Source: a virus
Lineage: Duplodnaviria; Caudoviricetes
Virus record (IMG/VR): IMGVR_UViG_3300037565_000048
Location: 5,201 to 69,200 of that record
Length of the DNA: 64,000 bases
Direction: 5' to 3' (one strand)
The translations under genes and the position numbers were made by a program. Positions 9,445-19,300 of this stretch are shown here, in pieces (position 1 is the stretch's first letter; every line of letters starts with the position of its first letter). A model generated the notes under the pieces. The model was given only the letters and a program-made list of their open reading frames with translations. It ran no database searches and was not told the DNA's origin.

Positions 9445-10828
9445 TTTTCTCTATTGCTTCTTGGATTGACATTATCTGACCTTTGTACCACCCTACGTTG
9501 ATGTCTGTAGTTTTACCACCGCGAAACTTTGGATTGAGAAGCTTCATTTGATTTCGCACATCAACCTTGTCTTTCCCTACTTCTATCTCATCATAACCAT
9601 CCATTTCCGGTCTCCATAAAAGGTAGATCATATCGGCATCCGCTTCTATTGCTCCGGATCCCTTGAGGTCTCCAATCTCTGGTCTGTTGTACTTCCTTGT
9701 GTTGGTGCTTCTGCTTAACTGTGCAAGGAGAAGAACCGGAATACCATTGTCTTTGGCCATCACTTTCATTGCCCGGCTTTTTAATGCCATTGCCTCTTCA
9801 CCGGATTTGAACTTTGGGTCCTTGATCAAGTGAAGGTGGTCAACGACTACCAATTTCACACCGTACTTCAGAACGTATTTACGGACCAATGTTCTCAAGT
9901 CTTCTGGATCCGGATTCGACAATGATACGACGTACAATGGCCAACGCTCAATCTCGGTGTCTTTCTCAAGACTTTCTTTTGCTGATATCGTCAGCTTCCC
10001 TTTACGCATATCACTCTTGCCGAGCTCGTGCTTGTACTTGATCAATCGACCAAGGATAGCTGTGTCATCTACCTCTAACGTAATAAATAGAACCGGTACG
10101 TTGTTGGTTAAGTTCTCGTATGTGGATTTTGTTGCCAACTCCGTCTTACCTACTCCTGGGCGCGCACCTACAACAACCAATTCGTTTGGCATCATGCCTC
10201 CGGTGACATCATCAAGTTCCGGCACCCCAAACTTTACCGCGCTGCCATCAATCTGTTGCTCGACCATGTTGTTCCTCTCCAATATCATCTGAAGAAGTTG
10301 CTTTGGTGATTTGTGAATACTGCTGTTGGTGTCTTCGCGCTCTACAGTCATCAACAACTCTCTCAAGATGTTCTCCATGTCGTCACCGCTAATCGTGAAG
10401 TTGTCAGCTTGTATGGCTAACTCACCCTTCTGCTTGAACAGTAGCAAAGTCCGTAGCTTCCAGAAGTCTTTGATTTGCTTGCAGTAGGTTTCAATCAATC
10501 TTTCCTCGACCCGGCTCCCGATTGATAAGTAGTGCTTCATTTCTGAAGAATTGATTGTGACGCCATTAAGCTTCATTCGTCTCTTGGCCACAATAAAATC
10601 TACCCGGTTTCCTTTGTCGTGCTCATCAATCACAGCTTGATACAACGCTTTGCTGATGTCGCTAAAAAAATGATCTACCTTTAGTTGTGACTGCACCAAC
10701 GGTATCACGCTATTATCATTGATGCAACACCCGATTACATAGCGCTCAAACTCTGCAATCTCCGTAAATGTTTTTCCCTCGATGCTCACCACGTAATGTT
10801 TTTCTTCCGGTAACTTTTGCTTGACCAC
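9431..10828 (-). CDS. dnaB: replicative DNA helicase, DnaB family
   Basis: Walker A GARPGVGKT, VVVDHLHLI, LLAQLSR and DLKGSGAIEADAD motifs. Confidence 0.95.
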   Translation of the reverse strand: MVKQKLPEEKHYVVSIEGKTFTEIAEFERYVIGCCINDNSVIPLVQSQLKVDHFFSDISKALYQAVIDEHDKGNRVDFIVAKRRMKLNGVTINSSEMKHYLSIGSRVEERLIETYCKQIKDFWKLRTLLLFKQKGELAIQADNFTISGDDMENILRELLMTVEREDTNSSIHKSPKQLLQMILERNNMVEQQIDGSAVKFGVPELDDVTGGMMPNELVVVGARPGVGKTELATKSTYENLTNNVPVLFITLEVDDTAILGRLIKYKHELGKSDMRKGKLTISAKESLEKDTEIERWPLYVVSLSNPDPEDLRTLVRKYVLKYGVKLVVVDHLHLIKDPKFKSGEEAMALKSRAMKVMAKDNGIPVLLLAQLSRSTNTRKYNRPEIGDLKGSGAIEADADMIYLLWRPEMDGYDEIEVGKDKVDVRNQMKLLNPKFRGGKTTDINVGWYKGQIMSIQEAIEKNEPF

Positions 10829-11325
10829 GTTGACATTCTCCTGCCGACGTCAAAATAGTCTTGATCTTGCCAGCGCATACGGCCGGTCTTTGGGCTTGGC
10901 TCTGACCAAAACTTGATGAACTCCCTCACCATATCTTCCCCGTACTTCTCTGTGTATTGCTTGCACTCCTTCACAAAAAGCACCCTCTCCATCATCAAGT
11001 CTTTTTTCTCTTTTGGTTTTGGTTGCTCCTGCTTCTTCTCTGGTACTACTTCATCTTGCTTGTCAAGGCAAATACTCAAGAAGTTCCGGCCTCGATCAAA
11101 TGTGAATCCCGTGGTGGTTTTTTCAATCTTGATGAATCCGATTGACTCCAAAGCTTTCATCTTGCTCGTGATCTTCTGTGGTGTCACAGAGAACAATGTG
11201 CTCATCCGTTTGGTGTCAATCGTGTTTTGACCTTTAGCAAGCTTGTGATAGATGATGTCTGCAAGAAGAAGTGTTACGCCACTAATTTCGGGCCTGGCGC
11301 GCTGTACCCCGTAGATGTGTTTCAT
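10786..11325 (-). CDS. putative replication initiator or helicase loader (wHTH N-terminus)
   Basis: HTH-like segment (KRMSTLFSVTPQKITSKMKALESIGFI); C-terminal FIKFWSEP...RMRW...RRMSTW motif; directly upstream of dnaB. Confidence 0.6.
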   Translation of the reverse strand: MKHIYGVQRARPEISGVTLLLADIIYHKLAKGQNTIDTKRMSTLFSVTPQKITSKMKALESIGFIKIEKTTTGFTFDRGRNFLSICLDKQDEVVPEKKQEQPKPKEKKDLMMERVLFVKECKQYTEKYGEDMVREFIKFWSEPSPKTGRMRWQDQDYFDVGRRMSTWSSKSYRKKNITW

Positions 11326-11825
11326 AGATCCATTTGCTTTTTGATGAACCGAAATAATTTCTCGTTGACCTTCACACCTTCGATGCCCGTATTTTCAATC
11401 GGGTTCCCTTGCTCGTCAAAAAGTCTCCACATCTTAATGCTGTCAAGCACCGGCTTCTTCACAAGTTCCCCTGCGTAGTATTCCGCTGTACAGAGGTTTC
11501 TAATCTTTTGTGGTGACAAGTCAAGTATCGTTGATAAAGATTCAACCGGTACGCAATTTAGCAAGAAGAAGTGATTGAGCAAAAGGTCTTCTGCAAGACC
11601 TCGTTCTTTGGCTAAATACCTCGCAATCGTCACTCGATCTTTTGTTGGCTTGATGCTTTTCACAGCGACGTACTGACTAGCTTGAGCAATGTCGGTCTTC
11701 TTTCGCTCTGTGATTTTCATTGGCCGGTACTTCGCTCCGTCCTTAAACTTCTTGTCCGGCTTCCTATCACCTTCCTTTACTTGCTTGCCAATGATTTTCC
11801 GTACACTATCCCATTCGTCGCTCAT
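11322..11825 (-). CDS. hypothetical protein
   Basis: ORF 11322..11882; likely ATG start at 11825 (MSDEWD). Confidence 0.6.
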   Translation of the reverse strand: MSDEWDSVRKIIGKQVKEGDRKPDKKFKDGAKYRPMKITERKKTDIAQASQYVAVKSIKPTKDRVTIARYLAKERGLAEDLLLNHFFLLNCVPVESLSTILDLSPQKIRNLCTAEYYAGELVKKPVLDSIKMWRLFDEQGNPIENTGIEGVKVNEKLFRFIKKQMDL

Positions 11826-12316
11826 AACGTATTCTGTATTCCTAAAAACAAAAGCAACAACCCTAGACCTCTCCAAGCCCAATTCTCAAGCCGAGATACC
11901 TTGAGCTCCTGCTGGGTGTCATCTTGTAGTTGATCTAGCAAGTCATATTCCACGCTTAACACTTGGAACTCTTGAGTGCACGTCGTCACCGCTGAAGATA
12001 AGCTGTCACTCACTTCTTTCTCTTTCCGGTACAGATACTTGTACGCCTCCTTAAATTCTTGATTGATGATTTTGTCTTTGCGCAGACTGTCGGCACGATC
12101 AATCAACCGTGTTGCCAATTCGGTTCCGAACTTGAGATCGAAATACCTCGTAGTATCCACTATCACGACTGTCGTACCGTCGTTTAGCTTCAGTAAAACG
12201 GGCAATGATGCTGTCCGTAGAGTATCTATCCGTAGGGCTGACGGTTGAGACTTGGCTTCTGTGAACAAAGTCAATAGAAGGGCGAGTATCAAACTCTGAT
12301 GCAATATCTTCTTCAT
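11822..12316 (-). CDS. putative spanin-like envelope protein (signal peptide, coiled coil, C-terminal hydrophobic segment)
   Basis: N-terminal hydrophobic signal; C-terminal WAWRGLGLLLLFLG; overlaps the previous gene in another frame within the lysis cassette. Confidence 0.45.
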   Translation of the reverse strand: MKKILHQSLILALLLTLFTEAKSQPSALRIDTLRTASLPVLLKLNDGTTVVIVDTTRYFDLKFGTELATRLIDRADSLRKDKIINQEFKEAYKYLYRKEKEVSDSLSSAVTTCTQEFQVLSVEYDLLDQLQDDTQQELKVSRLENWAWRGLGLLLLFLGIQNTL

Positions 12317-12521
12317 TGATCATTATGATTTTTGCCAAGCTATCGTTGGCCGTTTTCAAACTATCTGCATACGCTTTCATCTGAAGAGTCTTCTCCGGCT
12401 TTCTGTCGCCATCTGAAGATACGTCCACCCTTTTGCTTCCGATGTAATAGCCCCCGCCAAACGCGACAACCAATAGCACCAAAATCAAACTCAATAAGAG
12501 TTTCTGATTTGGATTTTCCAT
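12099..12521 (-). CDS. putative inner-membrane spanin (Rz-like)
   Basis: Single N-terminal TM (LLLSLILVLLVVAFGGGYYIG) plus coiled coil, downstream of the endolysin. Confidence 0.5.
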   Translation of the reverse strand: MENPNQKLLLSLILVLLVVAFGGGYYIGSKRVDVSSDGDRKPEKTLQMKAYADSLKTANDSLAKIIMINEEDIASEFDTRPSIDFVHRSQVSTVSPTDRYSTDSIIARFTEAKRRYDSRDSGYYEVFRSQVRNRIGNTVD

Positions 12522-12991
12522 TTCTCTCCGTTTTCAAGCTTTGGTAAAAGGTAGTCATAGATGTCAATCATCGCCTCAACGCTTCTGCCTACACCGTCAA
12601 CTTCTCCGTTTTTGGTTATGGTGGTTTTACCGGTAAGCAAGCACCCGCTGGTATCATCTTCGTCGTTTCCTGCGTGAAGATAGATGTAGCTAAATCCGGG
12701 TACATCCTTGAGCATAATCCAAGCTTTCAGACCTCCCCATCCCTTGACCCATGTTTTCTCTCTCCATCGAGTAATCATTGAACCGGCATTTCTCAAGATA
12801 AGATCATAGGTTCCCTCCGGTATCGGAGTGTCGTGCTTGACTTTTGGTCCGGAGCGAGGATTGTCTTCAGCAAAAAAGAAAGGTCCTGGTAGCCCAGGTA
12901 TCTTGACCCGGCTTATCATCACATCTTCTGTGTGCTTGATACGGTCAACCTCAATGATGTTTTTCGCCAACGGAGTAGGTTCGGGCCCCAT
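12491..12991 (-). CDS. DUF5675-family putative endolysin
   Basis: TPIPEGTYDL ... DVPGFSYIYLHAGNDEDDTSGCLLTG signature. Confidence 0.75.
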   Translation of the reverse strand: MGPEPTPLAKNIIEVDRIKHTEDVMISRVKIPGLPGPFFFAEDNPRSGPKVKHDTPIPEGTYDLILRNAGSMITRWREKTWVKGWGGLKAWIMLKDVPGFSYIYLHAGNDEDDTSGCLLTGKTTITKNGEVDGVGRSVEAMIDIYDYLLPKLENGEKWKIQIRNSY

Positions 12992-13017
12992 ATCTTCAGT
13001 TGTCTCGGTTGGCGATT

Positions 13018-13341
13018 CTACTTTTTTTCGCTGTCGATGCTTTCCGGATCAATGCCCGCTTTCTTTGCTTCAATGCCCGCATACATCTTTGATGCTGGAC
13101 TAAAGATGTCACGAGCAATATCAAGCCCTGCGTTACCGCCAAGAGTCACAGACAACCAACCCAAAAGAGTCCATACAAACTCTGCCGTCTCCCAATTCTC
13201 TTCTTTAGTCAACCACTTGATTACACACAGCATCACAGTTCCAATGATGCTCAAAAGGATTGCTGTCAGATACTTTCGTGATCCTTGGTGGAAATCCCAA
13301 GTTACGCGGGCAAACCACCCAAAGTCTTTTTTGCTCTTCAT
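13018..13341 (-). CDS. putative holin (2 TM)
   Basis: Two hydrophobic helices and a charged C-terminus; immediately upstream of the endolysin. Confidence 0.6.
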   Translation of the reverse strand: MKSKKDFGWFARVTWDFHQGSRKYLTAILLSIIGTVMLCVIKWLTKEENWETAEFVWTLLGWLSVTLGGNAGLDIARDIFSPASKMYAGIEAKKAGIDPESIDSEKK

Positions 13342-13343
13342 AA

Positions 13344-16300
13344 CTACTTATTTGGGCCCTCAAGAAGCTGTACGTCCAAAATCTTCTGAAGGTTTTTGTC
13401 TTGTATTTTCTGCATTTCCTTAGGATTCATAAGAAGTTGTATCGCCTCTTGTGGCTCCCTCGGTTGTTTCTGTTTTGGATTGACTCGAAGATAGAAATAA
13501 ATATCTTTCACCAATTCTTTAGCGCCAGTTTGTAGCTGCTCATTGTACTCCATGAACTGCGCGTCTGTCATTGATTCAATCTTCTCTCCGTACTCGTCAT
13601 ACGTCAACTCAATAAGCTTTCCATATACCATGCGAGAAGCAGTCGTCATCGCTTGTTTTTCTTCCGGCTCAAGATCAACTTTGTCATCCGATATGTCCGG
13701 GTTCGTCAATGTAGTGAAGCTAGTCGGTTGTATCTTTGTCGCCATAAGGTTTGGCCGGTTCTGCCACAAATCATAGTACAACTTCCCTTTAGTGTGTTCC
13801 GTCCAATAATCGTCCGTAAATAAATTAACCACCGGAAGATTCTTAATGTGATTGCCGTACTCTAAAGGATATCCGGCTTCATCAACCTTGTCAACTGTGT
13901 CAAACATCCACCTTGCGGTGTAATAGTTTTCAAGTGGCCTCAAGATGTCACTACTTCCTAAATTCTCATAACGAGCTGTGCCAAAAGCACTCAAGGTGCT
14001 CTGCATACCGTCTCGGTAGATGCGAGGCGTGAAAATTGTTGCTGGCTTAACCACAAGTTCTCCTACAATTCTCTCTCCGACTTGACCTTCCGGTGACAAC
14101 GATAAACGCTTTATGGTTCTCAACGTTTCTGAATAGGTCATTTCACCCATCATCATCAAGAAACTGTCAGCAATTTTATCTACATCACTATCCTCCAAGT
14201 CTCTCTTGTCAACACCCATATCATCGGTATAACCGTATGTCAACTCATCCCTCCATTCTCCCATCATGTGAAGTGCCGGGGCAAAGCTCACCAAGTAGTT
14301 GAGACGGGTAATGTTTCTCCATTTGCCGTTTATCTTCATTCGTAAAGTCAACGGCTTAATTCCTTCTTCCGCTGAATTTTCGCTTGTGAAGTAACCTCCT
14401 AGTTCACCGGTAACGTCAAATATTCTGTCTTCACGTAGTTTGATTTTTCGTCCAAAAAACCTAGGCCCTGGTTTCTTCTTTCCTAGGTAGTCCTGTAACG
14501 GTAACAGTTTCTCGTCTTCGTCTTCGTCGTCAAACTCAAAAATTGACATAAATAGACCAAGGGTTATTCCAGTGTAGGCAGCGTTCCAAAATACTCTTCT
14601 CCAAAACTCCGGCCATCCATAATTGATGTGTTGCACATCACCATTGACATATACCGCAATTTTACCAACTCTCAAATGGTAGAAACTAGAGGCCAATCCG
14701 ACAAGCGGAAAAGCACTCATCATTCTACTCGTAGATGCAACCATGATTCGAGGAAGCAACATTATTGTACTCAAGAATAAACGACCAGATACTTGAGCAA
14801 CAGACTCTCCTTCCCGCGGTACTGTGATACCCTTGATTCCTTTCAATATGTGAGCACCAAGACCTCTGGGGTTGGCCATCAACATCATTTCTTTGATGGT
14901 ATCAATTCTCACCTTCATTCCAGCTTCTTCTCTTGCTTGCTTGAGCATATCTTGCTTCAAACGAGCACTAAAGTTTACCGGTAGCTTTATACCCAAGTCT
15001 GCAAACATATCTTCAGCCGACTCAAGGGCGTCTTCGTATCTCTGCTCAAAGCTTGGATCATTCGTTCGCTGCATTGCTGCAACCACGTCTTTATGTAGAG
15101 ACGTAAACACTTTTGGGTTCAACCGTTGCATCCAAGTCGTCTTCGATTGACCCGCTTGACTCTCAAATTCATCCAAGTACTCAAGATACTCTGATGCAGT
15201 ACCGTTCATAAAAACGTCTTGAGCACCAAGAGCGTGAACAATCCGAAGAGGTTGCATCAACACGCTCATAATTCTTGTCATAATTGGTTTGCCCCTCTTG
15301 TAACCTTCCAAGATTATTTCGTCAAGCTGACCTTCGGATATCCTTGCTGTTTCGGCCATTACGTAGAAACCGTATTTGGCAACGTCATTCTCATTCGCTT
15401 TCAACGCAGCAATTAAACCCTTCCATGAACGCATGAACACTCCAGATTTAAGCATGTGGTCAATTGCTAACATTGGCGCAGCCGGATTCTTAACCATTGC
15501 CTTCGTGGTTCTGATCATCATTTCCGGTAGCATTTCAGATATGGCTCCGATAAATGCGTTCCATTGAGTCTTGAAACCACTCAAGATTGACAAGTGCATA
15601 TAGTCATACACCATCTTCCCCCAAAACGGACGGTAACTCGTCTCTTCACGAAGTATTTTCCGAAGTTCATCGCTTGCTTTCTCCGCTGCAATACGGTTCC
15701 CGGCTTCAGACAGTTCGGTGATGACTTGAGCGAAGTGCTCAATCTTCTCAAAGATTTCATCGTTCAACTGCTGGAAGTTGTAGTGCTGTGCAAATGCTGC
15801 TTTCAAATCGAAGTCTGAAATCACACCACTCATCAAGTCCTGGATGATGTTCTGCAGTATGAAGTTGAGGTTCTTTGGTGCTTTCTTGTTCGACTTCTCG
15901 TACTTGTTCTGAATAGCTTTTGCCAATCGCTCTTTGACGATTTGCTCAATCTGTTCTTCAATCTTCTTCTCAAGACGCTCAAGAAGATCCAAGTCCGTGA
16001 TTCCGGTTTGGTCTGCAATGCGTTCGCTCAATTTCTTCTTCTCACCGCGGGCATTTCCTTTGAGGTGGTCTTCAATGATTTTCTTGACGTCAACCTCATT
16101 CTTCTTGATGTAGAACTTGCTTGCGCGCTTGATGTCTTTGTCAATCTCTGGAACAATGTTGGTCAATAGTTCCTCAAGTTCCAATCGCATCTGCATCTGC
16201 TGATCGGGAGTAGCGTTTTTGTACGCATCACTTTTCTTGAGCTCCGCCATGGCAGCATCAAGTGCCTTGAGTGTGTTCCGGCTCTTGGCCATTTCCTTTG

Positions 16301-19300
16301 CAAAGGCCATGAGTGAGTCTGCCATGACGTCACCTGGCGCCATGCGTTGTTGCTCTCCGCTTCTGAATTTACCGGCTGCTTTCTCTACCCTTGCGTTGAT
16401 TTTCTTCGTGTCGCTTGCGCTCCGGTTCGGTTTGCTCTTGGCGTTCTCAAGACCTTTTCTGTTCTTCTCATTCTCCTTCTCGATGGCCTCATTAATCTCA
16501 CCTTCAGCTTCCGTCAACTTCTCAAGAAGGGCTGCAATCTCCGCGTCTTGGCTGGCAATTCGCTCAAGCAATTGATCAATGCTAATTTCGCTGTCAAACA
16601 GCTTTCGCATGATTGAACGAATTTCATCGGCCAACTCTTCCAATAGGTTTGCGTCGTCACCAATAGCTTCGTTCATGTCGTTGATCATCTTCTCGCTCAC
16701 ACGATTCGCAAATGCTTCTGGGCTTGCTTTTTCGCTGAACTGCTGAATAAGACGACCTGCGTTTGTTCCGGTAACTGCCAATAAGTTCAAGACTTCAACC
16801 ATCAATGATTTGTCTCCGTCTTTCCTTGAAATTGCTACAATCTTGTGCAATACGTTTGCGTGAACAGCACCGGCAACTCTGCTCTCACTTAATGGACCGG
16901 CCATCTTTTTCCAAGTGGCCATGTACTCATTGAATATCTGACGCGCGCTACCATCTGTTGTTTGCTTCAGTTCTTCAAGGAGACCTTGAGCAATTTGGTT
17001 GACGTCATCGTTCTTCAACTGCTCATAAAGGATGTCTCCGTGAAGATCAATTGCCTCTCGTTCCTCCGCTGTCAACTTCTCAAGATTCAGTAATCGGTCA
17101 TACAGTCCGCGCACACGCATTGATACTCGCTTGTCTCTTGCCTTTTGCTGTACCTTGATGCGTCGCTCCATGTCTTCGGCCAACTCCTTCAGCTTCCGTC
17201 TTGTCGTGCCGGCTCTGTCGTGCCAATTATGGGCGTCAATTTCCTTGGCCAAGTCTTGCGCTGTCGCGCCCTTAGATATCTTGGCGTAGAACATCTTGTA
17301 GATTGCCTCCGTAGCTGCTTTCTTCTCCGTTACCGTCACACCGCTTCCCGGTATGTAGTCCATGGTGAAGGCATCCACGTATTCAAATCCGGCTGAAGAA
17401 AACAAGTCGCGTAGGCGTCCGTAGTCAATATCCGAACTCGGTGGTATCGTCTTCACAGATAGCTTTGTCTTGCGCTTCTCTGCTGCTGCTGTAAGTTCCT
17501 TGAGGACTTCCTTCGCCTTTCCTTTTTCCCGGCTACTCTTGGTTGTTCGGATGTCAAAAACTTGAACAGTACCATTCGGTTTCTGCTCAAGAATTACTGT
17601 CACTCCTTTTCGGGTAAATCTGAAGGTGGGATTTCCGTTCTTGCGCTTCGCTTCTTCAACTTTGTTCCCGAAAGATTTGGCGAGGTTTCTTGCGTTATTT
17701 TCTGGCTTCTTTCCGCCAGTCTTCTTTCCGCTTCCGGTCTGCTGCTGATTCCCTTTTCCAGCACCTTGCCCTTGTGACTGACTACCTCCCACCCCTGGTT
17801 GGTTCTTTTGACTCGCATAGAATTGATTGAGGTTTTGTTCGACTGTTTCTTTGACTTGGCGCTCTGCCTTAATCTGCTGATCTCTTGTCTGTGACTTGTA
17901 CCAATCACTTTCCTTGAGGGCTTTGATTACCGACTTGATAATTTCAGATGCTTTCTTCCCCGCAATAAGACCTTGCTTCACCACTTCTAGCAACCCTTTG
18001 ACCAAGTTTGGTGGAAGCAACTGCATACCTATGTTCTCCTTGCCGAACTTGTCAATGTCGCTCTGTAGTTTCTCAATGAAAGCTATTGCCCTATCTGCTA
18101 TGTCTTCTTTTGTTTCTTCTTGAGAAACTTGTTCATCGCTATCAGTTTTTGAGTCTTCGTCAACGAGTTCTTGGTACTTCTGTTCGAGGTATTCGTTGTA
18201 CTCTTCTTCGCTTTCTGCTTCATAGTTCATCATTTCTTGGAACTGTTCTTGAGTCAAGCCAAGTTTGCGCCACTCTCCGGCAACGTCGGCTAATCCCTCT
18301 TGAATAGCATCCAGGTTAGTAATTGGGTCAATCCCGTATTCGTTTATGAAATCAACGCGCTCTGGATTCCGGGCAACATTCTTGTCACCTATCATCCAAT
18401 AGCGCATAAGTTCTTCTGCAATGTCGTTTGGATCAAAGCGTTCGTCAATCCCTATCATTCCGTCACCGCTGTACTTTGACTGAAGAAGTGCTTGCATTTC
18501 CTCAAACTCTCCTTTCGCGTCTTTACGGACGTGACGACGATACCATGGGCTTGTCTTTTCCCAACCGATGTAGGTATCCCACTCTGTAGGACTCATCACC
18601 ATATCGTATATCTCTGCCCGCCAATCTTCACCTTCAGCTAAAGATTCCTCCTTGATCTGTGCTTCGTAAAGTTTACGCTCAAAACTCTCAAAGTCATCAA
18701 TGTTTGGGAGAACGTGGTTGAGGAAGTATTCTGTCCGGTACTCGTTCGGTATTCTCTTGAGCTCTTGGCCTTTCTTGTTGTAGTAGGTTCCGTTCTGATC
18801 AACGCTGAACTTCTCTCCCTCGTAAGCTGTGACTATCTTGTTGTCTTCACCTTGTTTCTTTTCCACTTTCTCAACGTATGCCTCCAACGGATCATACGCT
18901 TTGTCCAGCTTCATTGAACCATCCGCTTGCTTCTTGAAGCCAAGACTCTCGTAGTACGCCTCAAGACGTTTTTGGTCTGTCTTGTCATCAAGTGCCTTCG
19001 GTGTGAGCACTACATCCTTACCGTCTGTTTTTGCTTGAGCAATCAACTCCGACATAGCTGAAGAAAACTTGCCCTTCCCTCTTTCGGCCGGTGGTACTGA
19101 AATCGACTCAAGAGTAACTTCGTTGTCGTTCTCTGTGAGCACTACGTTGGCTCCGGAAAGATTACCCATTACCGCGCCCTCTACCATGTCGCCAGCATCT
19201 TCATTGATTCCTAAGCGTCCGGCAGTTGTGGTTGGCTCCGGTGTAGTCGGCTCCGGTGTGACGCCTTGAGTCTCTTGTGTCTGTTCCGGTGCTGCTTGCT

